From Spirochaetae bacterium HGW-Spirochaetae-3 (GTDB lineage Bacteria; Spirochaetota; Spirochaetia; Treponematales; UBA12059): a stretch of DNA of 64,000 nucleotides. A program made the position numbers and the translations under genes. Shown here piece by piece: positions 9,709 to 19,712 of this stretch (position 1 is its first letter; each line of letters begins with the position of its first letter). Under the pieces are notes generated by a model. The model did no database searches, was not told the origin of the DNA, and saw nothing but the letters and a program-made list of their open reading frames with translations. The stretch is from the NCBI GenBank assembly GCA_002839315.1, contig PGXV01000005.1, forward strand, positions 313,572 to 377,571. The letters run 5' to 3'.

Positions 9709-10968
9709 ATGCCTGTTTGTCATCGACGGCGACGATTTTTGATCACGGTACTCTCGCTCGCCGCGACCGTCGGGGCGAGCGGCGACGAATCCTGGAGCCT
9801 GACCCCGTCAGCGGCCGTCCTGGCGCTCGCGTCGGACCCCGCCGAGCCTTCTCCCGCGGCGCTGCTGGACGCGGCGCTGCTGTTCTCGGGCGCCGGGGCG
9901 GACCGGACCGAAGCCGCCATGTCGCGGGGGCTCGCGGCCATCGCCGTAGCCCGGGGGCTGGCCGTCTCCGCGGCGGATGAATACGAGCGGGGCGCGCTCG
10001 TGCTGGAACTGGTCCATTCGACATTCTCCCGCTACGACCTCCTGGAATCCCGCCTCGACCGGGCGCTGCTCGAGGGCCGCTATAATTGCGTCGCCTCGTC
10101 GACGCTATACGCCATACTCGCCAGAGCCGCGGGGCTGACCGTCCGCGGCGTCATCCTGGAGGATCACGCGTACTGCTATCTTCTCGTCGGAGGCCGCCGC
10201 GTCGACGTCGAGACGACCTCGGCGGGCGGCTACGCCGGAGCCACTGTCGGCGTCGGGCCCGAGGCGGAGACGTCCGTCAGGGGCCTCGTCGCGCTGGCCC
10301 TCCGCAACCGCGCGACCATGCTGGAGCGCTCGGGGCGATGGTTCGAGGCGCTCGCGCTCGCGGTGGACGCCTACGCGTACGTGCGCGACGACGCGACTAT
10401 GGAAAACCTGTCGGGCAGGATAAGCAACTGCGTCGCGGCGCTCCTCAAGAACGGCCGCTGGTCTGAAGCCGTCGGACTTGCCGAGGCGGCGTCCGCGTCG
10501 TACGGGCCGAGCCCGGTATTCGAACGGCTCGAGGATACGGCCAGGATCGCGGCGATGACCGAGGCGTTGCGCGCGGCTTCTCCCGGCGGAGCGCTGGCCA
10601 TCGCCGAGGCCTCGATGGCCGACGGCTCGGCCGACGCCGGGTGGCTGGAACGGGCGTTCGCCTACGCGTACGCCGGACTGGCCGAGGAGAGCCGAAAGGC
10701 GGGAGACCAGCTCGGGGCCTGGAACGTCGCGGCCGCGGGCGCGGCGCGATTTCCCGACTCGGAGCCGCTCGCGTCGCTGGAGCGAGTCGCGAAGGGCAAC
10801 TGGGTCAAATCGGTACACAATCGTTTCGCCGGGCTGTACAACGCGGGCCGGTTCAAGGAGGCTCTCGCGGCCGTCAGGCTGGCGCTGGAATTGTCTCCCG
10901 GCGAGCGTATGCTGGAGTCGGACGCCGAGGCGGCGGAGAAGGCGCTTGGATCGATGCCTAGCCCTTGA
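9709..10968 (+). CDS. exported transglutaminase-like cysteine-protease-fold protein with C-terminal TPR-like helical repeats
   Basis: ORF 9514..10968 trimmed to MPVCHRRRRFLITVLSLAATVGA (signal-like). RYNCVASSTLYAILARAAGLTVRGVILEDHAYCYL...VDVE fits the transglutaminase-like Cys/His/Asp arrangement. The C-terminal half is helical and repeat-like. Confidence 0.45.
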   Translation: MPVCHRRRRFLITVLSLAATVGASGDESWSLTPSAAVLALASDPAEPSPAALLDAALLFSGAGADRTEAAMSRGLAAIAVARGLAVSAADEYERGALVLELVHSTFSRYDLLESRLDRALLEGRYNCVASSTLYAILARAAGLTVRGVILEDHAYCYLLVGGRRVDVETTSAGGYAGATVGVGPEAETSVRGLVALALRNRATMLERSGRWFEALALAVDAYAYVRDDATMENLSGRISNCVAALLKNGRWSEAVGLAEAASASYGPSPVFERLEDTARIAAMTEALRAASPGGALAIAEASMADGSADAGWLERAFAYAYAGLAEESRKAGDQLGAWNVAAAGAARFPDSEPLASLERVAKGNWVKSVHNRFAGLYNAGRFKEALAAVRLALELSPGERMLESDAEAAEKALGSMPSP

Positions 10969-12448
10969 GCCTCTGCGGGAAGGTGATCACGGTCCTGGCG
11001 CCGTCCGAATCGCGCATCGTCATGGTCCCGCCGAGCTGGATCGCGAGCGCCTCTATCAGGTCCATCCCTATGCCCTTCCGCTTGCCTTGGGCGGCGTCCC
11101 TGGTGGCGGCGAACCCTACGCCGTCGTCGCCGACCGCGAATTCTAACGAGCCGTCCTTCCTCGTCAACGTTATCGAGATGCAACCGCCTCGCGAATCGGG
11201 GAAGCCGTGCTTGAAGGAGTTTGAGACCAGCTCGGTCGTTATTATCGCCAGCGGCATCGCCGAGTCTATCGGGAGTACGATGTCTCCGGCTTCTATATCG
11301 ATCCGGATACCCTTCGCCTCGGCGTCGTGTATCCCGACGAGGTACTCGGACAGCCGCGCGAAATATCCCGACGCCTCGACGCCGTCGAACGACGAGCCGC
11401 GGTATAGCTGCTCGTGGACGAGCGACATCGACTGTATCTGGGTCTGGCATTCCACGAACACGGCCTTGGCCTGCTCGTCCGAGACGCAGTCGCTCTCCAG
11501 CGACAGGAGGCTGGAGACGACCTGCAGGTTGTTCTTGACCCGGTGGTGGATTTCCTTGAGTAGCACGTCCCGGGCATCCAGGTCCCTTGACATCTTGCGT
11601 TCCAGCTCGCGGCGCGCGCTGATGTCGTGGATGAGGCCGATCGTACCGGTTCCCTTCCCCTGGAATTCCGGGAGATCGACTCCGAGGCTCGTGATCTCGC
11701 CCCAGGAATCGACGTTGGCCGTGGTCCATTCGTTCATGCCGCGATGCTGTAGCCGGATGTCGAGGCCCCGGGTCATCCGATCGCCGGTGCGGCGCTCGTC
11801 GAATAGCTTCGGCGCGGAGTCAGCCCCGGTCTTCACGCCCTCGTATCGGAGCAGCACGATGCTTCGGCATACTTCCGACAGATCGTCGGGATGGACTATC
11901 TCGGCGAAATGCTTGCCTATCAATTCCGTCGGCTTCCATCCCAGCTGGGATATGGCCTCGTTGAGATACACGAAGCATCCGTCCCCGTCGAGTACGTAGA
12001 CGATATCGGGAACGACCCTCAGCAGGTTCATGTAGCTGTTCTCTGTCCTGATGCTATTGTAATTCTGCCTGTTCAGGCTTTCCCGGACCGAGGTCGTCTT
12101 GCGTAGCAGTACGGGTATGTAGTGTATCCACGCGCGGTCGGGATCCCTGACTATGAACGCGCTCGATTCGTCCACCATGTTCTCGGCGATCCGCTGTGGA
12201 TCGCTGTCCGGACTTACTACGAGGACGGCGGGCAGGGGCCAGAGGGAAAGCCAGTCGGCGAACGCCCCGGCGGCGAATTCCGTATCGGTGAGGATGACTT
12301 CGGCGCGGTCCATAAGGTGTTCCGCGGACTGTATGTCTTCCGCGTAGTAGAGATCGCAGGCTGATCCTTCGAGCGTCTTGGCGACGAGCGAGGCGTCGTC
12401 GCCGTTCTCAAGCGCTATCAGTACGCGAATTCTTCGTTGAACGGACAT
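10958..12448 (-). CDS. sensor histidine kinase (REC-like N-terminus, PAS, HisKA_2/HWE-type kinase)
   Basis: H-box LLKEIHHRVKNNLQVVSSLL is typical of the HisKA_2 class. C-terminal ATPase motifs are present (ELVSNSFKHGF, DDGVGF, GIGMDL). N-terminal IRVLIALENGDD...VILTDTEF is receiver-like, and the middle region is PAS-like. Confidence 0.8.
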   Translation of the reverse strand: MSVQRRIRVLIALENGDDASLVAKTLEGSACDLYYAEDIQSAEHLMDRAEVILTDTEFAAGAFADWLSLWPLPAVLVVSPDSDPQRIAENMVDESSAFIVRDPDRAWIHYIPVLLRKTTSVRESLNRQNYNSIRTENSYMNLLRVVPDIVYVLDGDGCFVYLNEAISQLGWKPTELIGKHFAEIVHPDDLSEVCRSIVLLRYEGVKTGADSAPKLFDERRTGDRMTRGLDIRLQHRGMNEWTTANVDSWGEITSLGVDLPEFQGKGTGTIGLIHDISARRELERKMSRDLDARDVLLKEIHHRVKNNLQVVSSLLSLESDCVSDEQAKAVFVECQTQIQSMSLVHEQLYRGSSFDGVEASGYFARLSEYLVGIHDAEAKGIRIDIEAGDIVLPIDSAMPLAIITTELVSNSFKHGFPDSRGGCISITLTRKDGSLEFAVGDDGVGFAATRDAAQGKRKGIGMDLIEALAIQLGGTMTMRDSDGARTVITFPQRLKG

Positions 12449-12533
12449 AAAGCTCCTTACGATCGACCTTTCAATTATCTTTATATATGAATCACGCTAG
12501 AAGAAAGCTAGTTCCATCGAATGATCGCGTCAA

Positions 12534-12561
12534 GGGCGTGCCGCGCTTCGCGGGCACGCCC
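12534..12561 (-). terminator. GC-rich stem-loop after the giant surface-protein gene
   Basis: GGGCGTGCC ... GGCACGCCC: a 9-bp perfect stem with an inner GCG/CGC extension, 8 nt downstream of the stop at 12569. No clear U-tract. Confidence 0.45.
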
Positions 12562-12568
12562 CACGACG

Positions 12569-15500
12569 TCAGAACAGGCCTATCCTGGCACCGAACGCTA
12601 CCGTGGGCCGAATGAACTCATCGATGCTGGTGGAGGCCTCGCTCGGTATGAATACCAGACCGCCTTCGATATAGAGGCCGATCGTCTTCAAGAGGTTCCA
12701 TCCGAAGTCGAATTTGGCGAATTCCCATTGAACCACGACCCCCGACAGCACCATATAGCTACCGTCCGGAGGAGAGAACAGGTCGGCCAGCGAGTCGCGC
12801 ATGCTGAAGTACGTGAAACTGGCCCCGACCGCGAACGACATGGAGAAGAAGTCCCAGTCGGGCCCGAACCAGTAGGAGAAGGGCAGGTACGCGAGGTTGG
12901 CGAGGAGCTTGGCACCCAATACGTAGCCGCCGAATCGAGACAGCTCCGCGGCCGGCGTGTCGGCGCTCGCGAATCCGAGCAGGTTGTCCCAGGTAGGACT
13001 CGCGTCGAAGCCTTGGCCGAGCTCGACCTGGAGCTTCACGTTGTCGTCGAAGAACGATAGCCCGAGGCCCGCCTCGTACCGGGTCGAGCCGAGCAGGTGG
13101 GCGTCCAGGTACGAACCCTGGATGAAGCCGGGTATCTCGTAGGACGACTTGTCGCCGGAGCGTAGCACGACGGAGACCTCGGCGAGGCCGTTGGCGTCGG
13201 ACGCGGTCCCTTCCATCGATACGACGCCGTTGTAGCGGCCGTTCTCCGCCGGCCTGAGTATCGTCACTTCCGGCGCCTTGGTATCCAGCACGACGAGGCG
13301 TTTGCGTACGGCCGTTCGGCCGCCCGCGAAAGTAGCCCTGACGAGTAGCCTGAGCGTCCCGTCGGGATATTCCTGGGTCTCGAGGCGGTACTTGAATCGC
13401 TCGGTTCCCGACGCCTCCTGCCAGGTCTTGCCGTTATCCCGGCTCAGCTCGACCAGGACGGCCCGGCGCTCCTTGACGAGCTTCTTGTGCGCCGCCGCGG
13501 CCGCCTTGTCCGACGCTCCCGGCGCGGGGACGTCCCAGCCGGCCTTCCCGGTAAGAAACGGCCGGCCTACGATGAAGTCGCCGGACTCCACCGCGTCGAT
13601 GTCGACCCAGGGGCCGTCGCGCGTATAGACTATCGTCCGGGGGTCGGAGGCTATCGCGCCGCCGGCGGCCGAGACCGCCTCTACGCGGAACGTACGCGCG
13701 CCGTCCTCGACGGAACCCGGCTCTACGGTCAGGCTGAACCATCCGTCCGCCGAAAGCTCCGCCGTCGCGAACGGCTGGCCGTCCATCGTTATCGCGGCCC
13801 GCTCTAGCCTCTCCGCCGACACGACGCGCCCGTCTATCGTGAAGCGCCCCGAGACCGGCTCCCCGTGCGCGGGGAAGACTAGCTCCGCGTAGTCGGCCTT
13901 GCGCGATTCCAGCACGACGACGTTCCTGGAGTCGTACGCGGCGTTGCCCGCCCTGTCGAGGGCGATAGCCTTGACGTTGTACCAGCCCGGCGCGAGCCCC
14001 CTGGTATCGAGCTCCCGGTTGAATACGCCCTCCGACTTTAGCTCGACGACCGTCTCCGGCGTCGCGGAGCCTATCCTGGATATCTGCAGGCTCATGCTCC
14101 GGACGGCGATGCCGTCCGAGACGCGGCCGCCCACGGTCATCGAGGCTATGCCCTCTTCGCCGTCGTACGGTGTGTCGAGGGCGACGACCGGCGGCGTGTT
14201 GTCCACGGACAGGAGCCCGGCCGCGAAGCCGGTCGTGCCGTAACCGTCGACGAGGCGAAGGTAGACGCTGTGCACGCCGTCGGGGACGGTCCTCGTGTCG
14301 AGCGTATAGCTCCATTCGGTCGTGCCGACGGCGGCGTCGTAGGTCGCGCCGTTATCGAAGGAGACGTGGACCTCGGCTATGCCGTTGGCGTCGGACGCGA
14401 CGCCGCGGAGCGTTATGACGTCCTTGTTGGTGACCTCTACGTCGGGGGATTCCAGCCGGCCCACGGGTTCCTCGCGACTGACCCTGAAGGCGCGCGACGC
14501 CACGGCGCCTTGAACCGCGTTCAGGTCGACGGCGTAGGCCTCGAACAGGTGCTCGTTGTCGGCCAGGTCGAGCAGCCTGAACGGTACGGCGAAGCCGTTG
14601 CCGCCGTCGAGCCGCGTCCATTCCGAGCCGTCGAGGCGCCAGAACAGCTCGGCGACGCCGTCGTCGTCGAAGGCCATGCCGGAGACGATGAAGTCCGATC
14701 GCATAACCTCCGCATCGGCGGGAATCTGCACCTCCACGATCGGCTTGTCGGCCTCTATATCGACCGCGAAGGCCGGGGCGGCCGGATCGAGGGGACGGCG
14801 CGTCGCCGCGTTGCCCGCGGCGTCTACGGCCCTGAACGCCATCGCGGCGCCGCCGTCCGGGAGTGAACCCATGTCGACGAGGCGCTCGAACGACGCGCGG
14901 AGCGGCTCGGCGCGCCCGTCCGGCCGCTCTCCCTTGACCGCGGATACGGCCGCGCCGCGAGGCGAAGCCTCCAGCGGCTCCCAGGTAGCGCCGTCGACGC
15001 TGAATTCTATCGAGGCGACGGAGAACGCGTCCTCCGCGTAGCCGGCGACGAGGACGGTGCCGTTGACCGTATCGACGTCGCGAGGTGTCTCGAACACGAT
15101 CGCTGGCGCCGAGCCGTCCATAGCGACCGCCGTCAGCGCCTCGCTCCGTAGCCCGGCGCGGTCGGTCGCGCGTACCAGCACGCTAATCGCCCCCTCCGCC
15201 TTGTCGGAAGAGACGGGCGTAGAGAACGCCGAACGGCCTTCGTCGCCAGGCTTGGCCGCGGGTGTTTCTACGGCGGTCCAGGTCGCGCCGCCGTCTATAG
15301 ACCATTCCAGCGACGCTATGCCGTTGGCGTCTGCGGCCTCGCCCGCGATGATCCACGGGCCTCGGACCGGCGCCCCGGAGACCGGCGCGCTCAGCGTTAT
15401 CGCCGGAGCGCCGGAATCGGCGACGACTATGACGGGGACGGACTCGAAGACGTCGCCGTCTATGGTCGTGACGCGTAGCACGGTCTTCTTGGCCGAGGCT

Positions 15501-18500
15501 CCGGCCCCGCCTTCCGCCGTGGCTGACACGCGTATGGTCGCGCCGTCGAACGAGGCCTCGGCGAAGGGTAAGGCGGGCTCAAGCGAGATAGAGCGAATCG
15601 GACGGCCGTTCCACAGCGCGCCCAGCGCGTCTCCCGGCGCCAGAGTAGCGCGTCCGTCGTCGTCTATACGCATGTCGTACAGATAGACGCCCTCGGCGAC
15701 GACGGAACCGGGCGCGCTCGCCTGCGATACCCGGTAGAACGACGTCGTATCCTCGGCCACGAGGCCGGCGGCGTCGGTTACCCTGACGGCGACGACGGCG
15801 CGGTCGTACGGCAGCGCGGCTGGGGGCGTAACGTGTAGCGCGTACGCGCCGTCGGCGCCCGGCTTGGGAACGGGCGTCGAGCTCCACGTGCCGCCGTTGA
15901 ACGCGTACTCGGCCTTGGCCAGCCCGTTGGGCGCCATGGCGGTAGCGATCAGCGTCGTCTTGCCGTCCGAGAGCGCCGATCCGGGTACGAGGCCTTCCGC
16001 GGCGACGACGGTCGGCGCGGTTCCTCTACGTACGAAGCTCAACGTCGATTTCAGGGAAGGAACGCCGCCCGAGTCGGTCGCCTGGGCGATGGCGATATGC
16101 TTGCCGCGCGGCACGGCGCCGAGGTCGACGGCGTAGAGCGGGCCGGGGCCGGAAGCCTCGAACGGAACGCCGTCCACGCTCAAGGCTACGCCCGACAGCC
16201 CGTCCTCGTCGGAGGCGTAGAGCAGGGCTACGAGAGGGTCGTCGCCGCCGCCCGTTATGACCGCGCCTTCCGCCGGGGACAGAGCTCGAACCGACGGCGC
16301 GTCAGCCTGGGCGTCGTAGGCCACGGAGACGGTGGCCTGGGACCGGTTCCCCGAGCCGTCGACGGCCTTTACGGTTATCGTCGCCTGCGACGACTTGGGC
16401 GGGAACGAGAAGGCCCTCGCCGCGTCGCCGGAACCGGACTGCAGCTCCAGCTCGCCCTTGTCGGCGCCGTACTCGTACGACAGCGACGCTATGCCGGCCG
16501 CGTCGGCGGCCCTGAGCACGAGCGTGAAGGCGCCGGTCGCCGTCGCCTTGCCGCCCGTGGGCGCTGGCGTCACTATTTCTATAGCGGGCGGCGTCGAGTC
16601 GTAGTCGAGCGCTACCGTCGCGTAGACGGCGCCTTTCGCGACGTCGTCTATCCTGACCCACAGCGACGCGGGGCCGTCGGGCCTGGCCGGTATCTTCATG
16701 GTAGCCGTCCAGGTGTCCGCGCCGGCGGCCTTCTTGAGGCTCAAGGGTTGGTTGACGGCGTCAGCGGCGTAGCCCCACGCGGCTACCGGTTTCCTGGGGT
16801 CTGGCGACACGCCGGCGAAGCTGGCCGACAGCGACGCGGCGCCAGACGCGCGTATCGGCCTGGCCGCGTATCCGGCGAGGCTCGCCGCGTCGGCCGCGAT
16901 AGGCGCGGTCCATGACAGCGCGCCGACGGCGTCAGCGCCCGTAAAGGTAGCTGTCGGGCCCTCGGGGACGGAGCTCGAGCCGGTCTTAATGGAATCGAGC
17001 GGTGCCGGGGCAGTTTTAGCCTCGGTCGCGACGGCGAGGCCGGCGAGCAGGTCGAGGCTAGACGCGTTTCCGGCCTTGTCCGTCACCCTCAGCGTCAGCG
17101 GCGCCGCGGCCGGATCGGCTATGAAGGTAATCGTATCGGCCGGGGACAGCGCTTCGTAGGCCCCGCCGCGTCCCAGCTCCACGCGTTCCAGCGACTGCAT
17201 GCCTTCTCCGATCTTCACCGCGAAGAGGGCGGGGCCGGCTACGGAATCGCCGTCGCGCGGCAGGACGCGTCGCGGCTCGGGAGGGGCGGCGTCGGCCATG
17301 AAGGCCGTCGACGCGACGGCCGCGTTTCCCGCGGCGTCTATCGCCCTGACCTGCAGGCGTACGGGGCCGGAGGCGGAGGCGGCGTCCCAGTCGGCGCGGT
17401 ACGATCCACCCGAGGCCCGTAGCGGCGTCCATTCGCCGCCGTTTATCGAGTAGTCCGCCGACGCGACCCTGTCGCCGTCGGTAGTCTCGGCTACGATGTC
17501 GACGACGCCCGAGCGCCAGGAGCCGAACGCCGGTTCCCGTATCGTTACGGCCGGGGCGGCGGCGTCGGTACCGAAGATAAAGGGGCCGGCCGAGAAGCGG
17601 TGGCCGCGCTCGGTCTCGACGACGACGAGCGTCGGCCCGGTCGTCCCGTCCGCTACGCGCGAGACGCGTACGACGGCGCCTTCATGGGTGACGGTCAGCA
17701 GGGCGGTGGCCGGTTCCAGGCTGACCGCCCGTATGCCCTCTCCGTCGAACGGCGTGACGAAGCCGCCGACGAACGGCGACGCGTCTCCGACCGCGATGGC
17801 CGCGGGCGCTTCTGCGGTCGGTTCCGCCGCCAGGCCGAAGTCGAGGAGCGGCCCGGCGCGCGGCCGGGAGTAGTCTACGGCGAGCACCGGGACGCGGACG
17901 ACGCCGGTCTTGCCATAGGCGTCGACGGCCTCGAGCCTGACGTCGAGGACGCCGTAGGGCAGCGACGCGGACAGCGGCACGGTGAACGAGGCGCCGCCTT
18001 CGGTCCTGGAGAACGGCAGCTTCATCGGCGCGCCGCCGTTTATCGAGTAAGTCAGCTCGACGAGCGGGTTGGCCGCCCGTATCGCGCCCGACAGAGACGC
18101 GCGGCCCTCGAGCGTCGACACGGAGACGCCCGGCCTGAAATCGCGCTCGCCCGAGGCGTCGGCCGCGCGTTCCATGTAGAGCCGCGGCGCCGCGCCCGAG
18201 TAGACGAAGGGCGTCTCCGACCAGGGGCCGGCCAGGCCTCCCGAGTCTATCGCGCGCGTGAAGAGCGTGCGCGGGCCGCTCTCGGCGCCGTCTATCGTGA
18301 ACGAGAAAACGCCCGAGCACGCTATCGACGAGACGGGGCCGTCGTCGAGCCGCCATTCAAGCGACGCGACGCCGTCGTCGTCCACGGCGCGGCCGACGAC
18401 GCGTACGGCGCCTTCGAGCGTGGAGCCGGGGGCCGGCGACGAGGAGACGACGCGCGGCAGGTCGGCTTCCGGATCGGCCTTCCGGCTTACCTTGACCGCG

Positions 18501-19579
18501 GTGGCGTTGCCCGCGACGTCGGCGACGTTCAGGCCGACGACGACGGGACCCGCCTTGGCGGGGGCGTCGAAGGGTAGCGAGAAGTACGGGTTGCCCGGTA
18601 GCAGCGCTACCTCGCCGGAGTCCTTGCCGTAGGTCCATGACAGCGATTCCACGCCTACCGTGTCGAATACGCGGCCGCGGACATAGAAGCGGCCGTTGAC
18701 CGATTCGTCGTCGGCCGGGGAGAGCAGGACCAGTTCCGGCCTGGTATTGTCTATGAAGTACAGGAATACGGCGACGCCCTCGGATCCTACGCCGTCGACG
18801 CTCCTGAGCCATAGCACGGCGGGCCCGTCGGGCATCTTCTTCGTATCGAGCGACAGGGAGAACGACGCGGTCTTGGCCTTCTTGTCGTAGGAATGGCGTA
18901 GCGGCGACCACGTGGCTCCGGAGTCCATCGAGTACGATACCTCGGCGAGGCCGTTCGCGTCGTAGACGGAGCCCGAAACGCCGAGCTTGCCCGAGACGAT
19001 GGCCCCGAACCCAGGCGAGCGGACCTCGTGCAGCGGCTTGGTGCGGTCCAGCTGGAACGATACCCGGGCCGCCGGGCCCTCGAGGCCGTTGACGTCGACG
19101 CCCCTGACCGCTATCGAATGGAGTCCGTCCGCCATGCCCGAGGTCGGAAGGTAGTACGACCAGTAGTCCGTCCCGCGGGCGGCCACCCAGTCCCCTTCGT
19201 CGAGGCTGAGCTCGACGCGGCCGACCGCGTCGTCGTCGACGCAGACGCCTACCACGTTGAGGTCGGCGCCGACGCGCGCCGACGGTAGCGGGTTGACCAG
19301 CCCGGCTATCGGCAGGTCGGACGCCGGGTCTACGATCAGGTTGAACGGCGTCGCGTACGAGACGTTGCCCGCGGCGTCGGTCGCTCGCGCCAGTACGTTG
19401 TAGGTGCCCGGCTTGAGATCTCCGACGTCGTACTCGTAGGTCCAGTTCTCGAGTCCGTCCGCGGGCCTGAGGTCGGAGTCCGGTTTCGACGATCCGGGCT
19501 GCGTATCCTGGGCGTACGACGGTATCGCCAGGGAGAGGATGGCGGCGGCGATCACTAATCGAAATGCTTTCAGGCCCAT
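12569..19579 (-). CDS. giant (2336 aa) secreted Ig-like-repeat surface protein with C-terminal beta-barrel-like anchor
   Basis: ORF trimmed to ATG 19579 (GGAG upstream; MGLKAFRLVIAAAILSLAIPSYAQD signal peptide). About 15 repeated ~100-aa modules carry ...GTY...A.D.AGN... and an Asp-box-like core (SMDSGATWSPL, SIDGGATWTAV, SRDNGKTWQEA, SINGGEWTPL, FNGGTWSS). The last ~220 aa are aromatic and Gly-rich with alternating hydrophobicity and end in ...FGARIGLF. Confidence 0.75.
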   Translation of the reverse strand: MGLKAFRLVIAAAILSLAIPSYAQDTQPGSSKPDSDLRPADGLENWTYEYDVGDLKPGTYNVLARATDAAGNVSYATPFNLIVDPASDLPIAGLVNPLPSARVGADLNVVGVCVDDDAVGRVELSLDEGDWVAARGTDYWSYYLPTSGMADGLHSIAVRGVDVNGLEGPAARVSFQLDRTKPLHEVRSPGFGAIVSGKLGVSGSVYDANGLAEVSYSMDSGATWSPLRHSYDKKAKTASFSLSLDTKKMPDGPAVLWLRSVDGVGSEGVAVFLYFIDNTRPELVLLSPADDESVNGRFYVRGRVFDTVGVESLSWTYGKDSGEVALLPGNPYFSLPFDAPAKAGPVVVGLNVADVAGNATAVKVSRKADPEADLPRVVSSSPAPGSTLEGAVRVVGRAVDDDGVASLEWRLDDGPVSSIACSGVFSFTIDGAESGPRTLFTRAIDSGGLAGPWSETPFVYSGAAPRLYMERAADASGERDFRPGVSVSTLEGRASLSGAIRAANPLVELTYSINGGAPMKLPFSRTEGGASFTVPLSASLPYGVLDVRLEAVDAYGKTGVVRVPVLAVDYSRPRAGPLLDFGLAAEPTAEAPAAIAVGDASPFVGGFVTPFDGEGIRAVSLEPATALLTVTHEGAVVRVSRVADGTTGPTLVVVETERGHRFSAGPFIFGTDAAAPAVTIREPAFGSWRSGVVDIVAETTDGDRVASADYSINGGEWTPLRASGGSYRADWDAASASGPVRLQVRAIDAAGNAAVASTAFMADAAPPEPRRVLPRDGDSVAGPALFAVKIGEGMQSLERVELGRGGAYEALSPADTITFIADPAAAPLTLRVTDKAGNASSLDLLAGLAVATEAKTAPAPLDSIKTGSSSVPEGPTATFTGADAVGALSWTAPIAADAASLAGYAARPIRASGAASLSASFAGVSPDPRKPVAAWGYAADAVNQPLSLKKAAGADTWTATMKIPARPDGPASLWVRIDDVAKGAVYATVALDYDSTPPAIEIVTPAPTGGKATATGAFTLVLRAADAAGIASLSYEYGADKGELELQSGSGDAARAFSFPPKSSQATITVKAVDGSGNRSQATVSVAYDAQADAPSVRALSPAEGAVITGGGDDPLVALLYASDEDGLSGVALSVDGVPFEASGPGPLYAVDLGAVPRGKHIAIAQATDSGGVPSLKSTLSFVRRGTAPTVVAAEGLVPGSALSDGKTTLIATAMAPNGLAKAEYAFNGGTWSSTPVPKPGADGAYALHVTPPAALPYDRAVVAVRVTDAAGLVAEDTTSFYRVSQASAPGSVVAEGVYLYDMRIDDDGRATLAPGDALGALWNGRPIRSISLEPALPFAEASFDGATIRVSATAEGGAGASAKKTVLRVTTIDGDVFESVPVIVVADSGAPAITLSAPVSGAPVRGPWIIAGEAADANGIASLEWSIDGGATWTAVETPAAKPGDEGRSAFSTPVSSDKAEGAISVLVRATDRAGLRSEALTAVAMDGSAPAIVFETPRDVDTVNGTVLVAGYAEDAFSVASIEFSVDGATWEPLEASPRGAAVSAVKGERPDGRAEPLRASFERLVDMGSLPDGGAAMAFRAVDAAGNAATRRPLDPAAPAFAVDIEADKPIVEVQIPADAEVMRSDFIVSGMAFDDDGVAELFWRLDGSEWTRLDGGNGFAVPFRLLDLADNEHLFEAYAVDLNAVQGAVASRAFRVSREEPVGRLESPDVEVTNKDVITLRGVASDANGIAEVHVSFDNGATYDAAVGTTEWSYTLDTRTVPDGVHSVYLRLVDGYGTTGFAAGLLSVDNTPPVVALDTPYDGEEGIASMTVGGRVSDGIAVRSMSLQISRIGSATPETVVELKSEGVFNRELDTRGLAPGWYNVKAIALDRAGNAAYDSRNVVVLESRKADYAELVFPAHGEPVSGRFTIDGRVVSAERLERAAITMDGQPFATAELSADGWFSLTVEPGSVEDGARTFRVEAVSAAGGAIASDPRTIVYTRDGPWVDIDAVESGDFIVGRPFLTGKAGWDVPAPGASDKAAAAAHKKLVKERRAVLVELSRDNGKTWQEASGTERFKYRLETQEYPDGTLRLLVRATFAGGRTAVRKRLVVLDTKAPEVTILRPAENGRYNGVVSMEGTASDANGLAEVSVVLRSGDKSSYEIPGFIQGSYLDAHLLGSTRYEAGLGLSFFDDNVKLQVELGQGFDASPTWDNLLGFASADTPAAELSRFGGYVLGAKLLANLAYLPFSYWFGPDWDFFSMSFAVGASFTYFSMRDSLADLFSPPDGSYMVLSGVVVQWEFAKFDFGWNLLKTIGLYIEGGLVFIPSEASTSIDEFIRPTVAFGARIGLF

Positions 19580-19712
19580 GCGCGGCTCCATTATCGGCGG
19601 ATAGAGTATCACTTTATAATATCGGCAGAAATGAATATATCATATATCGACAAAAATATCCGTCATATTTGTATGAGAATGAAATTTTGTATTGATTGAG
19701 AAAGGATCGCAC

